A DNA stretch of 64,000 nt from Camelus ferus (taxonomy: Eukaryota), in assembly GCF_009834535.1 (NCBI RefSeq), contig NC_045697.1, forward strand, positions 107,448,001-107,512,000, read 5' to 3'. The position numbers and the translations under genes are program-made. The notes beneath the pieces were generated by a model that saw nothing but the letters and a program-made list of their open reading frames with translations, had not been told where the DNA came from and searched no databases. Shown here one piece after another: positions 39,536 to 52,500 of this stretch. The stretch's first letter is position 1. Each line of letters opens with the position of its first letter.

Positions 39536-39984
39536 TAACTAGCAACTATTAAATGGACCACGATAATCGGGTTTACAAAAGTGGAAAATGAGGGGAAAAC
39601 TATCGACCTTAATAAGAATTTTCTTTCTACTTTATTTGAAATTTGCTCTGTGGGCAAGGTAGCTATAAGGTACAAACTATATCAAGATATAAATATAGTA
39701 TCTGTCAGAGATACTCCCATGGGTATAATCTACTGGGTCGGGTTTTTCAGAGTTTCTGTTTCTGCAATCTTCATCCTGCCCTGCTTCTTTTTCCTGTATT
39801 TCTCCTAATAAGAAAACCCTGCTTTAAAGACCAAGGTTTTATCACGGCCTACTTATCTAAAGCACTCTTAGTGTGAAGGGGCAACTCCACATGTGTCTCA
39901 TCATCTTTTTCTAAGGAATAATGAATCTTATATACAGTTTAGGACAAACTTCGTGACCACAAATATTTTTAAAGCTAAATTTAC

Positions 39985-40249
39985 CATGTATTTCCTGTAG
40001 AGAGGGTGTCCTGGTTTGGGGCGAGGGGGCAGTACCGGATCTTGATTTTTAAAGACTTGACTCTTGGTTTTCGAGAGTCCAGATGCCAAGTTACTTTGTT
40101 TTTTCTGAAGATCCATCTCAGAAGAAGACCGATTAAAAGGCAGTTTTTTACTTGATGTCCTGGTTGCAGGAAGTTTTGGGGGAGGTGGTCTCTCAGGGGC
40201 CGCCTTGGGAGGAGGCTGTCGAGCTGGTATGACTTTTCCACTTGCGGGT
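39985..40249 (-). CDS. SH3D19: SH3D19 proline-rich exon
   Basis: PASGKVIPARQPPPKAAPERPPPPKLP...PVLPPRPKPGHPLYRKYM; 265 nt. Confidence 0.95.
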
Positions 40250-40953
40250 CTGAAAGTCAATGTGGTAGCTGTGAGTCAGTGTTTAAGTGACAGAAAGTTC
40301 TGTTTTGTCCTGTTTGTCCATACACACATGAGCATATGCAAACACATAGAGCTTTTTGCTAGCGTAATGTAATTTTCTGAAACATGCAGGCTATGCTATT
40401 TTTGAGTAAGTGACTGCTGCATTAAACATTGTATTATTAGAAGAAATGCCACGATGTTCCAGCTTCTGCTTATCTTGCACTAGAGATTCATTAGTTCAAG
40501 ACAAACAAGCATTTACTATCATGAGCTCTCTAAGGCCCCATCTGCTCTTAAACACACCGTGGCTTTCAGGAAACTAAGCACTTTCTACCAAAGTCTGAGA
40601 TGAAAAGCTTATAATAAGACATCAGCTATTTGTGATGTGGTCTTATATACACGATTAGAAAAGGAACATCAAACTCCCCTAATATTCATCGTATAAGAAT
40701 CGTCATTAAAACTCTAATTTAGCCTAATATAAAGCTAGTTCTGCAAATGAGATAGGACAATTATTACTTTGGAAGCTTTTCCTTTAATCCTAATGATAAA
40801 AATAATTTCTAACACAAGTAACATCTTCTGATAACATCACAGTTTTTTTGTCCAAACAGCCCTGGAATTCAAGAGGGCTGGTCACTTCTGAGCATGAAGC
40901 CTGTCTCCCTTTGGAAAAATGCTTAACAATAGGCTGGTTTCTGATAACAGGGG

Positions 40954-40970
40954 AAGAGAGAGAGAGAGAG

Positions 40971-41001
<31 letters not shown>
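40954..41001. repeat. Compound (GA)n(GT)n microsatellite
   Basis: gaagagagagagagagagagtgtgagtgtgtgtgtgtgtgtgtgtgtgt. Confidence 0.95.
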
Positions 41002-41325
41002 TTCAGAAGTGGAGTTGTTTTAGGTTAGGAAAAGAATCTTGTTAATTTGTTTGAGAAAAAGTAATAGAGATCTATGTTTGTTCTCTGTGATTTTGGGGGG
41101 TTGGGTTTTTTTTAAAAGAAAAAAAGGAGCAGAGATTTATATAACCTGTTGTCAGAAGCTGACTGTAGGCTAAGTGTCCTGGGTGAATTTGTGAGTTTAG
41201 TGTATCTCTAAAAGAAAGTCCAAGGCCAGCAGCACTCAGTTTTGGTGACAGAAAAGACAGACTAGTCTCAGAGTCATTAGTTCTTCTCTAACTGACTTTT
41301 TGTAAGTTTTCCCACACTTACTTAC

Positions 41326-41387
41326 CTCGGTGGCAACCTTGGGGGTCCTCGCACAGAACCTCCTGATTGACCAGCATGGTCAGATTC
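41326..41387 (-). CDS. SH3D19: SH3D19 exon
   Basis: gcag|ESDHAGQSGGSVRGPPRLPP(R)|gtaagt; 62 nt. Confidence 0.92.
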
Positions 41388-44300
41388 CTGCAAGTATGAG
41401 AGAATGCTTTTAAGTTAAGGTTAATTTGAAACAAGAGCTTGTCAAGAGGAATTATGGACAACTTTTTGGCTGGATCTCTAAGTGGAAATGTAGCTGAGTC
41501 ACAGAAAGGAGCTTAAAAGAGTTTTTTATTCTTAAGCAATATTAACTCTCTACACTGTCCCTGTCATAATGCAAGTGAAGCCAGCAAGCAGGAGGCTGGG
41601 GGTCTGCTGCTATAGCCACGGCCCAACCAACTGCTCTGCGTGGTTACATGTCCAGCATATTCTGACGAATCAAGGATGATGTTTAAATCATGACAGGTCA
41701 CACAGCAGCAATTTAAGCAGGCACTGGAGGGAATTTAAAAAAAAAATGTCATTTATTTATCCCATGACAACACTTACGATATGCAGCGCTCCTAAGTTTA
41801 AATACATAGCAAGTGAGTTGGTGATGAGTGTTTTGCTTAGAAGTGGCAGATCTCTCAGACTGGAGGGTTGACACATTGTGTGGTGGGTTCTGCACTGGAA
41901 GGAGGTGGGAACGTAACAGAAGCTTCAGGGTGGCCTGAAAGGAAGGTCTGTGAGGAGGAAGAGAAAAGGCCTGAAAAAGCAGAGAGCTTGTTCTGCTGCA
42001 GTGAAGGGGTTGGATGTGGGAAAGAGTAAAGGGGGACAGCGTGAAAAACAAACGATAGGCAGGGCTGGAACGTTTTGGTCTGAAAGTAGATGAGGGAAGG
42101 TGGAAGTGTGGACAGCAACAGGGAGGTCTGTCTAGGAGAAGAGATTCAAACCTAAAGAGGTTTTCTGAACGTGTTAACAGCCCAAGGATTGGGAAATGAG
42201 TATAATACGTGGAAATATTTTCAGATCTTCTGTTGATCGAGAAGTTAAAGGATCTTAAAGCCAAAACTGCTGTTTTTTTTAGGGGAAAGCCCTCACCAAA
42301 TTCTAATTCTGATTGAGTCTATTTTTCACCTTCCCTATTTTCTAAGCCCCCAACACTGACATCCAGGAAATAGTATTTCTCCAAGACCACCTGAGGGAGA
42401 AAAATGCTAGCTCTTTAAAATTACACTGCCTTTTTTTTTTTTTTTTAATAAAGGAGGTTTAACTATAGCTTGGGAATCTCTGGGCTAATTCAGGCTGTTT
42501 TCCTCCTTCTCATAAATGAGTTAAAACTCACTTTTATGGTTTTCAATTTGTACTGAATATTCACAACTTTTCCTTAAATACCAAATGATTAATTGCTAAT
42601 AACTGTGATCATTTAAATATGTTTCAGTGTCTTATAATCCCATTTGAAAAAACAAATTAAGCTTGCCCTTAAAACTTGGTTTCACTAATGAGTTCAGTTA
42701 ATGTAGTGAAGCAAGTCACCAGCTCATAAACCCTGCAATATTCCAGACTATCCTCCATGCCTTATAAATACACTGCTGCCTACATCCCCCCTGACAAATA
42801 TGGCTATGATACTTGAAAAACTCATTTATTTCCTTGGCCACCTTTAAAATGAAAACAAACAAACAAAGAGAAAAGCACTCTAGCAGATAGGCAGGAAATT
42901 TCATTGCTTTTCTCAAAATTACAGTTGTTACATATGTTAACAGTTAAGGACAAATTTAAAAAAATACATTTGTATAAATTTGACATGGAAAGTTAAAGAT
43001 GGTGTACTTGTATAAAGACACACCACATAATCCTAATCTTGTACCAAGTATCAGCTGTAGTTTTCTCTGGGTGGTTCTATTTTTATAGGAAACCATAAAT
43101 ATCTTTTTAATTTCTCATTTGTTTGTAATGAACAAAATAAATCAGAAAACAAAGGCAGTATACTCAAATCCCCCAGGAATGTTAGGCACATTTTGAAAAG
43201 CACTGCTGCAGCGGACACACTTCAAATACTAAGGACAGGGGACCGGTTCCTGCAGAAGCCACGATCTCAGTGTTTGCTCAAGTCCAGGTCTGTGCATGGG
43301 TCCTGCCAACAGTCTTTTGGGAGATTATGGATTAGGGATTTCCTGCTCTTCAACATTCCACACATGAATGAAGCTCCTCTGTATCTGCTTTTTGTAGTTT
43401 TTCTCTAGCTGTGACATCCCTGAACTTTGGCTTTTGATATGTTTGGATAAGCATTGTAGGTCCTGGTGAAGTTGGTTTTTCTGCTTGTATTTCCCTGCAG
43501 GTGCCATCATTTTGTTCATCTTCTTTGAAATGGTTTCTTATAGTCTAATTTCAAAATAATTCTCCAGGCTTTTTTTTTTTTTTTTTTGCTGTATTTTCAA
43601 ACGACAGATATTTCTTCCAAGACCACATTCTTTTCTGTTGGAATCACTAAGCACCTCTGCAGATGTTTCTTCTCTTCTTTCTCTAGGAATTGGTACCCCT
43701 TCTCATGTCCTGGATTCAGCAGCTCCCGTGCTATGGCTTTGATTCCTTACACCTACTGGGCTGCGTCTCCTGGCTCCATTCCTGCCTTCCTTGGGGGAGG
43801 CTTTGGGAGCCTTGGGTTTCCACAGTGGGCAGCAGGGCACTCAGAAGTGTCTTCTCCTGCTGACAGAATGGCTCCAGTGGCTCCCAACATTCCTCACCCT
43901 GAAGATCCTCACCATTTAACTGAAGAACATGAGATTTTGCAACTACTTGTCCTGTGATGGAAAGTTCCCTGGCACTCAAGGCTGGAGACATAGAAGAAGG
44001 CTTTGTCCTATGCCTCATCAGGAGACACGATTGTCAAAGACCATGCTTGTTCTCACGGGTCATTATACTCGTGAAATATTCTTTCTGGAGACCCTCTCCC
44101 ACACCTAAAGCCTTTGTGGCCTCTGGTCTAAAATCCATTCCGTAATTGTAACTCTCAAAACAAAAGGAATTTCTCAGGCGTAGATTTGACTTTTTGGCCC
44201 TGGAAATCCATGTGCGTGACTTCAGCCAAATCATTTACTTTGTGATCTGTTTCTCATCTCTTCTTCCTTCAGACCCAGTGTGTCTATTATGGTATGTATT

Positions 44301-45537
44301 TATTAGAGGACATCACAGAATGCTTTGACCACCCTCCCTTTGTAAACAGTGCAGGACAGGATTTTCCTTGTGTTGTTCATGTGAGGTACAAACAGTTATG
44401 AATATAGTACCTCTCCAGATGGTTTAGTTTATTCTAACTTCCTTTTCTTGTTTCTTTTTTTAAATGTTGGAGTTGCTTTGTGGACTGCTTAACACCAAAT
44501 GTAATAATATTTTAACAGAGCTTTATGGTTTATAAAGGCCATTACATGAGTAAATGATGGTCTATGTGCCCACGCATCATCCTCTCATTGTCTTTTACAG
44601 AGTAGAAGCCAGTAACCTGCTCAAGTAACTTTTCCATGGAAATCTGGGGGTTCTCCCATTCAATGATAGCATGGTAGGAGCCCTATCATCCTCTTTTGCG
44701 TTTTCTTGGCCCAGTTTCAATAAAAATTTATTACCAAGCACTTTGAAATGCAAGTGATCACTAAATTTTAATTCAGCCTAAAGGAAAATCTCATTAACTT
44801 GATATTGGCTAATTCAATTTAATGTCTCCTTCAAAGAAATTTCTCTTCACTAGATGATTAGATGGGTTTGCATGTATAATAAGCATAGTTAATGCACAAT
44901 GTAAAACCATTATGAAATTTGAACTGGAAATTTGGCTCAGAGACTTTAAGAACTGGTTTCTTTTGAAACAAACCTTAAAGATAATCACATGGAATTTCAA
45001 AAAGTATGGGGAAATAATATTGAGGTTGAAATTTCTTTTTTAAAGTATATATATTTAAAATTTTTTGACTACCGTCTGTTGACAAGTATATGATAAAGAA
45101 CTATTTTTTTAAATTTAGAAAATAATTCTCCCTTAAATTTCAGATGAACAGATTCTTATGATAATCTCTTAAAATTATGTCACTAATTGGGTATTTTAAA
45201 TACTGATAATTGAACTAAATCTATTTCCACAAAAATTAAAGATTTTTGGAGATTTTCAATAACTTCCTCATTATTAGTGGCATTTAAAAGATAATGCCTT
45301 ATACTGATATAGGAAAAATAGTTTTATAATGAAATACAATAAATTAGCTTAGTTCTTTTATTCTATGGGGATTTTTAAAATATTGGATAAGTACATGGGG
45401 CTTAGCAATTGGTTTATAATAAAGGTTTTTTTTTTAAAAATCTGACCAATAGTAAAAAAATTTAGACATCAGCTAAATATTTAAAATTAGTGAGTAGTTT
45501 AGTCTTCAACCTAAAATAATCTATAATGACCACTTAC

Positions 45538-45653
45538 CAAGTTTCTGGTTCTGTCAACATTACTGAGTTTTCCAGACACTGTGCTGTAAGTGTTTCCAAT
45601 AGGCTTTTCAGTAGGGAGAGGAGGTGGGCTTTGTGGATCCTCCTCATGTAAAC
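45538..45653 (-). CDS. SH3D19: SH3D19 exon
   Basis: CLHEEDPQSPPPLPTEKPIGNTYSTVSGKLSNVDRTRNL; 116 nt; AG/GT flanks. Confidence 0.93.
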
Positions 45654-46000
45654 CTAGAAAGACAGCAGTAATTCTTCAGTAACTTCTAGTCTTAAGGAAT
45701 TCAAAGGATGAAACGATTGCAGCTTCATTCCTTAGGAAAATGGCTATTGCAAAAAGATCCATTCAAAGGATGGATAGCTAAACAAATGAGGAAGAGCTCC
45801 TGGCAACCCTCAGAAAATTATGGGTTAGTAGGCAATGGTTAACTTTACCAAGTATTTTTTTGAATGTTTTATAGAGAGTAAAAATAATGCTAAATAATTA
45901 CAACAGCATCTAGCATTTGTTGAGAACCTTCTGTGTGTCAGGCATTAAGTTAAGGCACTTCATTCACACACATTTCTCCAACCAACAGCTGTCTAAGTGC

Positions 46001-46222
46001 TAGATCTGTTCAGCCTACAAGCTAGCAGCCACATGTGGCAATTTAAACTTAAATCTTAATTAATTAAAGTTAAATAAACTTCAAGTTTCAGTTCCTTAGT
46101 TGCACTAGCCACATTCCAAGCCCTCAGTAGCTACATGTGGCTAGTGGCTACCATACTGGACAGCACAGATATAAAACATTTGCGTCTTAGCAGAAAGTCC
46201 TATTGGGACAGCATTATGCTAG
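46001..46222 (-). mobile_element. MER3 hAT-Charlie DNA transposon nested in a MIR
   Basis: agccacatgtggc...tcagttccttagttgcactagccacatt...tggctaccatactggacagcacagatataaaacatt...gcagaaagtcctattgg. MIR halves at about 45895-45995 and 46223-46330. Confidence 0.8.
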
Positions 46223-47639
46223 ATAACATCCTACCCATTTTACAGATGAAGAAACTGAAGGCAAGAAAATAAATGATCTAGCCAAGGTCTTAATGCTAGT
46301 AATGGTCAGATCAGGGGTTTGAACCTAAAAGCCTGTGCTCATGGTAATAAGGCATGCTGCTTCCTAACAGGTGGTGTTTCCAACCCCCTCCCATCCCAAT
46401 AATTACATGTGTTTTCTTATTCATTAGCTTCAGATTAATAGGCTTAACTGCCCCCATTTTAACAAACAAGACCTTTACATCCAAACTACATCCTTAACTG
46501 AGAGAGAGTACACTCCCACCTTATTTTAAAGAGAAGAAAACAAAGATGACCAGATTTAATTAGTGACAGCTAATTAAAATCTGTGTGCAAAACACTTGGA
46601 GACAGGATGATGATAACATACTACAGAAGGCTAAAGCCACCTTCTACTGGTTTAGGCATTTATAGGAGATGGGAATTTTTCCTGTTCTTTGAAATGAACA
46701 CTCTCTGCTTCCATTTCACGTGAAAAACCTGTAACAAGAGGATGATTTTTCAGATTCCTGTTTTATCCACAGACAGGAAAACACTCTCAAAAGGAGGAAA
46801 ATACCCAGGTCAGCGCCTCAGAAAACAATGATTCAGAGACAGACAAACGTTCTTAGGGAGAGGCAGGACTGCTCGGGAAATTACAACACACACAGGGATG
46901 GTCCAGCTCAGTCACCATCTTGAAGATTTTCTCTGTGCTGCAGTTTCCTTATTCTTACAAGGAAATAATGAATCACTCAGGATATAACATTGTTGTTGCA
47001 AACAACTGAAGGGTGAATGGAGTAATAGTATGAAAATAGAGAAGAGATAGCTTACTGGAAGGACAGGGCACAGTAACTATCCGGCGGGGTATGTGGGGTG
47101 GGTAGAGATTTCAGTGTCAAACAATGCGATCAGCGGGGATATCAATGAGAAATGTGGCATTTGTGCAAAGACCTCAAGGAGCAGTGAAGAAGGGAGCCAC
47201 GCAGGCCCCTGGGGAAAAGACATCCGAGTCACAAGAAACAGGTCCCCAGGGTAAGAAGCTGACAGGTTCACAGAAAAGCAAGGAGTTTGGCACCACATAG
47301 CTGTTCCTTTCTTCCCTGTCCATTCCAAGTTCTTCAGACGCCAAAAGTCTTATTTCTTCTCCTCTACAGCATGTATGCATTGCTTAATGGTTGTAATAGT
47401 AAAATTCTGGGGAACTGGTTTTTGATATAAATAGAAATAATTCTCTAGGAACTGGCACTTGAGTTCTCTTACCCAGAGCAGTATAGAACTCAGCTTTCTA
47501 ATAGTTCCTGGAGCCTTGTCAGAATATCAAGTTAAAGGTACTTCCTCAATATATCCTCAGGATTTCAGGACTACTAATCCAATTTCTAAGTGTGCAGAGA
47601 AGAGTCAACAATGCAGACTTGAGTGTTCATCCTTAGAAA

Positions 47640-48112
47640 GGCCTGCTTACAAGCTTGGTCCTTGCTGGCACATAGGAACTTGAACTTAGGGAAGGTTCCC
47701 ACCAACTCTAGAGCTGGTGCAACAAAAGAATACGGTTTATGCTGAACACTTGCTTTCCTCCTGGGAGTCTGAAATTTTGGTATGTGCCCAAATTCCTGGA
47801 GGTGCCCATGCAACTAGCCCTCAGTAGAAACCCTGGGTGTTGAATCTCTGAAGGAGCATCTCTGTTTGACAACATTTCACACACATTGTCACAGCTGGTT
47901 GCTGGGGGCAGGGAGGTACTGGGAGAGGACTCTTAGAAGCCTGCATGTACCTAGTTTCCTCTAGACTTTGCCTCCTCCACCTTTTCCCTTTGCTGATTTT
48001 GCTTTGCACACTTTTGTGTGATAAATCACAGCCACAAACGCAACTATATGTGAAGTCCTGTGAACCCTCCTAGGGAACCATGAAACTCGAGGGGGAGGGT
48101 CTTGGGGACATA
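47640..48112. mobile_element. ERVL-type solo LTR (MER21/MER68/MER77 group)
   Basis: actgggagaggactct...ccttttccctttgctgattttgctttg...ataaatcacagcc...gtcctgtgaaccctcctag...gtcttggggac. Confidence 0.65.
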
Positions 48113-49397
48113 ACAGGAGAATGCCTCAATGTAAAAGTTGTACTACTTAAAGCCACATGAGCTTTGGGCAACATTTATTATCATGTATCTCACGATGCCT
48201 ATTAAAAAACCCCAAATACATTTAACAAGGTAACAGCAAGCAGGCAGACAGCCCAGTGAGCTCTCATGTCACTGATTTGTGGGCTATATAATCCTTCCCA
48301 AAGAAACTTGCCACCAGTTCTTTGGTCTAACACTACCATATAACCTCCTAAGATGCAAGAACCCACTAGAATTTGGTCCCCTAGACTTTCCTCCTCATTC
48401 GTCATGGAAACTCCATTCTATCTTCTCACTACTTGGCTTAGAGGTATCAAATTAATCAAGAGACTAAAACCAATGCAATCTTTCTGGGTAGTCTTTTATA
48501 GAGAACCAAACCCCTAAACCAAAGGGGCTTCACGGCATTCCAGGGCAGGCCTGCAGTATAACCCTGGGAAACTGCAGGTCAGAGACCACGACACACCTGC
48601 CCTGCTGTTGGGAGGAACGGAGCGGCAGAATCTCCTCTTAGACAAAGGACAGGATGCAGAAGCACTGAATGAAAGGAGACGGAAGCAGAGGCTCACGGAG
48701 AAAGCTGTGTGACCACCTGAGCAACGCTGGGAACTGCTCTGGAACCCACTGTGTGTGCATTCATGTGCATACACACGCACACACTTTTTATTAATCTCCA
48801 GGGTCTAAGATAAATAGTTCTGGCCCTCTTTGCTTCTCTCTTACGATAGTATCAGATTTATCTGCATTATACAAATACAAAATACAGAATTTTATTTATT
48901 GTACCATTAAAAAGTCAAGGAAGTATATCAAAATGTAGTGTTACACCAGTTTAAAAATATTTTTATACATTGTTAACGTCTTTATAACTTTTGGTTATTG
49001 CTCTTAACACAATTCACACATAGCTATATTTAGATTATGCTGATTGGAATAATGTACTCCTGATGGACATAAACAACTTTATTTGCTATCAGTTTCAATT
49101 ACTTTCTAAACATATCTTTACCACTGGCACCAACACAGGACACTACAATTGTTCTGAATTTCAACTTTCCTCTATTCTCTCTGCCAAACGACGATGTTTA
49201 AAGAGAAGCGAAATCCAAATTTACTGTAATTGTCTAAATAGCTGTGAAAAAACAGCTTGCTTTTAAATGTCCTCGATTATGAATAATAATAACAATGGCT
49301 GGATTACACACAATTTCAAAAGCAGACACTGATAAATTAGCATATATTTCTCCCAGGCTCCTGGAGAAGCAAATAAACGAAGCAGAGAAGTGCTTAC

Positions 49398-49505
49398 ATT
49401 TTCCTGGTTTGGCTGGAATTCGAATCACAGTGGGCTTCCTGGTGGGTGCTGGTTGAACTGCTCGTTCCTTTATTGGTTCTGTTTTTGTGGGGAGCTGAAA
49501 GGGAT
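49398..49505 (-). CDS. SH3D19: SH3D19 108-nt symmetric exon
   Basis: DPFQLPTKTEPIKERAVQPAPTRKPTVIRIPAKPGK; phase 1/1. Confidence 0.94.
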
Positions 49506-52500
49506 CTAATGAGAAACACAGTTTATTTTGCATGTTTTGGTTAACACGGACTCAAACAAAAAACTGTATTCATAATTAAAGAGTCATATTTTTCATGCCC
49601 TAGGGAAAACTATTCATGGATAAATAAAATCTCAGTTTGCAGAGACAAAAACAAAGTCAGGGCTCATGAAAGGAAATAACTTGGTGCTCTGTAAATAATT
49701 CATATGGCTTTTCTTCCTCTCTGATGAGAGAGAGCCAGGACAATCTTCAATTATGCAGAAGCTATCTTTCACAGGAGTGCAATCATTTCATAAGTGTCCA
49801 CCTGACGAGGGGCAATTGAAACGAGGAGCCAATTTTCCCCCTATTGTGAAGCCCCCCAGGTCCCCCAGGAAGGAATGTCTCTCTGCCCCCACGTTCCTGT
49901 GCCTGTACTGGAAACCCTCTCCTCAGGGCTCACCAGCTTAGTCCCACCCAGCACTGGGCATGGTGGAGGCGGGGTGGATGGGGGGGTGTTCTGTAGTCTC
50001 AGATTTATTCCACTGACATGCAAATGAAACATGTTTCATCCTCAAAATAAGATAAGCCATCTCCCTTCAAATATTTAACTCGGAGGCAAGGATATATGAC
50101 TTGGCATTTCTCCATCTTAACCTGTTCATTTAAAATGGACAGTATGTGCTTAGGGAGAGTGTTTTAAACAAAAGCATTACCACCAAACTCTTTTACTTAA
50201 AGAAACAGTCTTTTTTTCTTTAATGTAAATGTTTTTTCAGTCATTTGGGAAAATGGCTATAAAAGTTTTAAAAGAAGTCTAAAAATAAACAGATTAGTAA
50301 AAATAAAGTCAAATACTGCATATAGCGCATATTTTTTACAGCACACAGGCTCTCATGATGCTGCTTCTGCCTTTATTCAGCAAGAGGCAGAATGAACATG
50401 TGCCATATTCTGCACCTGTTCTGAGGATCTCGCCTGTAGGGAGATACTCTCTGTAACACAGCACACTTCGCAGAGCCTGTGAAGAGCAGCATTTGTGTCC
50501 TGCCTGTTATGAGCTGCAATTCAATAACCACTTTTTGCTGACCAGCTCTTTTCAGGATATGTGAAGAGCTGGGCTGAGGATCAGAAGGCTTTTCAGCTCC
50601 CTGATACCTGCCCTTCGCCTCTACCTAGCTCTCAGGCAACCCACCCGCCAAACCTCCTACAGAGCCTCACACACTCATTGGCCACTTGCTCTTACGTGTC
50701 TGTCTACCACATGCTGGTAATGGTGTGAGGTGGGGAGATGTGATGGTAAAATACAATCCCATTTTAAGTTTATTATTCAGAAGAACCCCAACATGGCATT
50801 CTCGGTAGAATAATTATTAGGCTACTGAAAAAAACCAATTAGATGACCCCTTTATGGAAACCTATCAGCTCATAAGTGAGGCAAGTCTTGTCTAAGTTCA
50901 AGAAACCAACTCAACATCAAAACAATATCAAATGTTCAAAAAAGGCTCTTGTAATAATATCACTGTCTTCCACTGTAACCTATGTCCCAATAAACAAACA
51001 AAGCTCCTTCTCTTAGGTCTAACCAAATTCTTTAATTCTTTACTTTGTTATAGCATTATTTTTTACTTCAGAAGTAATATTTATTGTAAAAATGGGAACC
51101 ATTAAGAAGTATATGATAGAAAATCTCCTGTATTCCCATCGCTCCAGTAATAACTATTATCTAAAGTTCGCTGTATCTGTCTACAGATTTTTATTTTCTA
51201 TATCACATGTATTATTATGCAGGTACTTTGAAAAACAAAAACAAGGTCTTTTTGTATCTATTTCTTTGTAACGAGCTTTTCTTGTTCATTGGGTATTGAC
51301 CGGGTGTCTGTTACACATCAAATGCTGTTCTAGGTGCTGGGAACTACTTCAGTGAACAGAGCAAAGAGTTTCCCAAGCCAGTGTCCCACCTACACTCTCT
51401 CTCTCACATTCCAGGAGTGAGAACACAAACAAGGGTTGGGTAGGGAAAGGAGAAAAGAGGCTACTCAGTGTTCTTGGAAGGCTGGCCTCAGAGAACCCCC
51501 GCTCCCAATCCTGCAGGTCTCACCAATGGAATTAAAGGGTCCAGTCATTTTCTTTTTTTTCAAACCTGCAGGATTTAAACTGAAGTAGCATAGATACAAC
51601 TTAAATACAAAGTATTCCAAGTGTCCTAGCTACCCACTTTCTTTTTTGGTCTTTATTTTTAATATCATTTGCTGCTCTTTAATAAGGGCACTCAGAAAGT
51701 TCTACTATACATGTCTCCAGGAAAAAAGAAAATCTTTCCCAATACAGTGGAGCAAGGACGTCTTCGTGTTCCGGCACTGCGGCTGTTTGGCAGGAGTGGA
51801 TCTGTTTAATGACACCCCCCAGCTGTGCTCACTGAGTCAGTGGCTCGGCAACGGCCTCTCCGTCTGCGTGCTGTCCCGGGCTGCAGTCCAAGAGAGGCGT
51901 GCAGATCAGCAGGGAGAACAAACAGCATCACTTCAATAAGAAGGTGGAGCCAGAGGCCTGTTTTCCGTCTTGATGATGGAGTGCAGGTCTCTCTCTAGCT
52001 ACACAGTATGTTGACTTTTTAAGTCTTTTGATGAGAGGGGCATTTTTGTTTTTTCCCAACAGAAATATAAGTGGGTGACATACAAAGCAAGGATGGCACC
52101 TTACGTTTGGGAACTCCAGGCCCTGCCAGGCGGGAAACCGGATCATTGATACTGTTAGTATGTTTAAAGTTCATAACCTTTAAACCAGTAGTCCCACTTT
52201 TGGAAATTTATTCTTCAGATTTTATAAAAGCACTAGTAGAACTGAACATGTTTGAGAGTGTTTACTGCAGCTTTTTTTTTTTTTTTGTAGTGGCAAAAAA
52301 CCCCCCAAACCCTCCAAATAAAAAACAAGACCACCTGAATTACCATCAGTACGGGAAGTGTTGACCCAACTATGCTGCATTCATACTAGGGACTGTCAGG
52401 CAGGAACAAGGAAACAAGGAGGTAGACTTAGACCTGCTGGCCTGAAGAGAAGTCCTGAAATCTCATTAGTAAATGAAAAAAGCAAGCTGCTGAGTAACGG

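Noticed and set aside
38820..39547. TSD for the L1 at 38845-39535 (ctaacttgtaact / ctaactagcaact)
   Set aside because: Only an 11/13 match with uncertain boundaries; too weak to assert.
41749..42264. 171-aa minus-strand ORF
   Set aside because: Non-ATG start, low-complexity S/L/P/F content, antisense to purine-rich repeat-like sequence.
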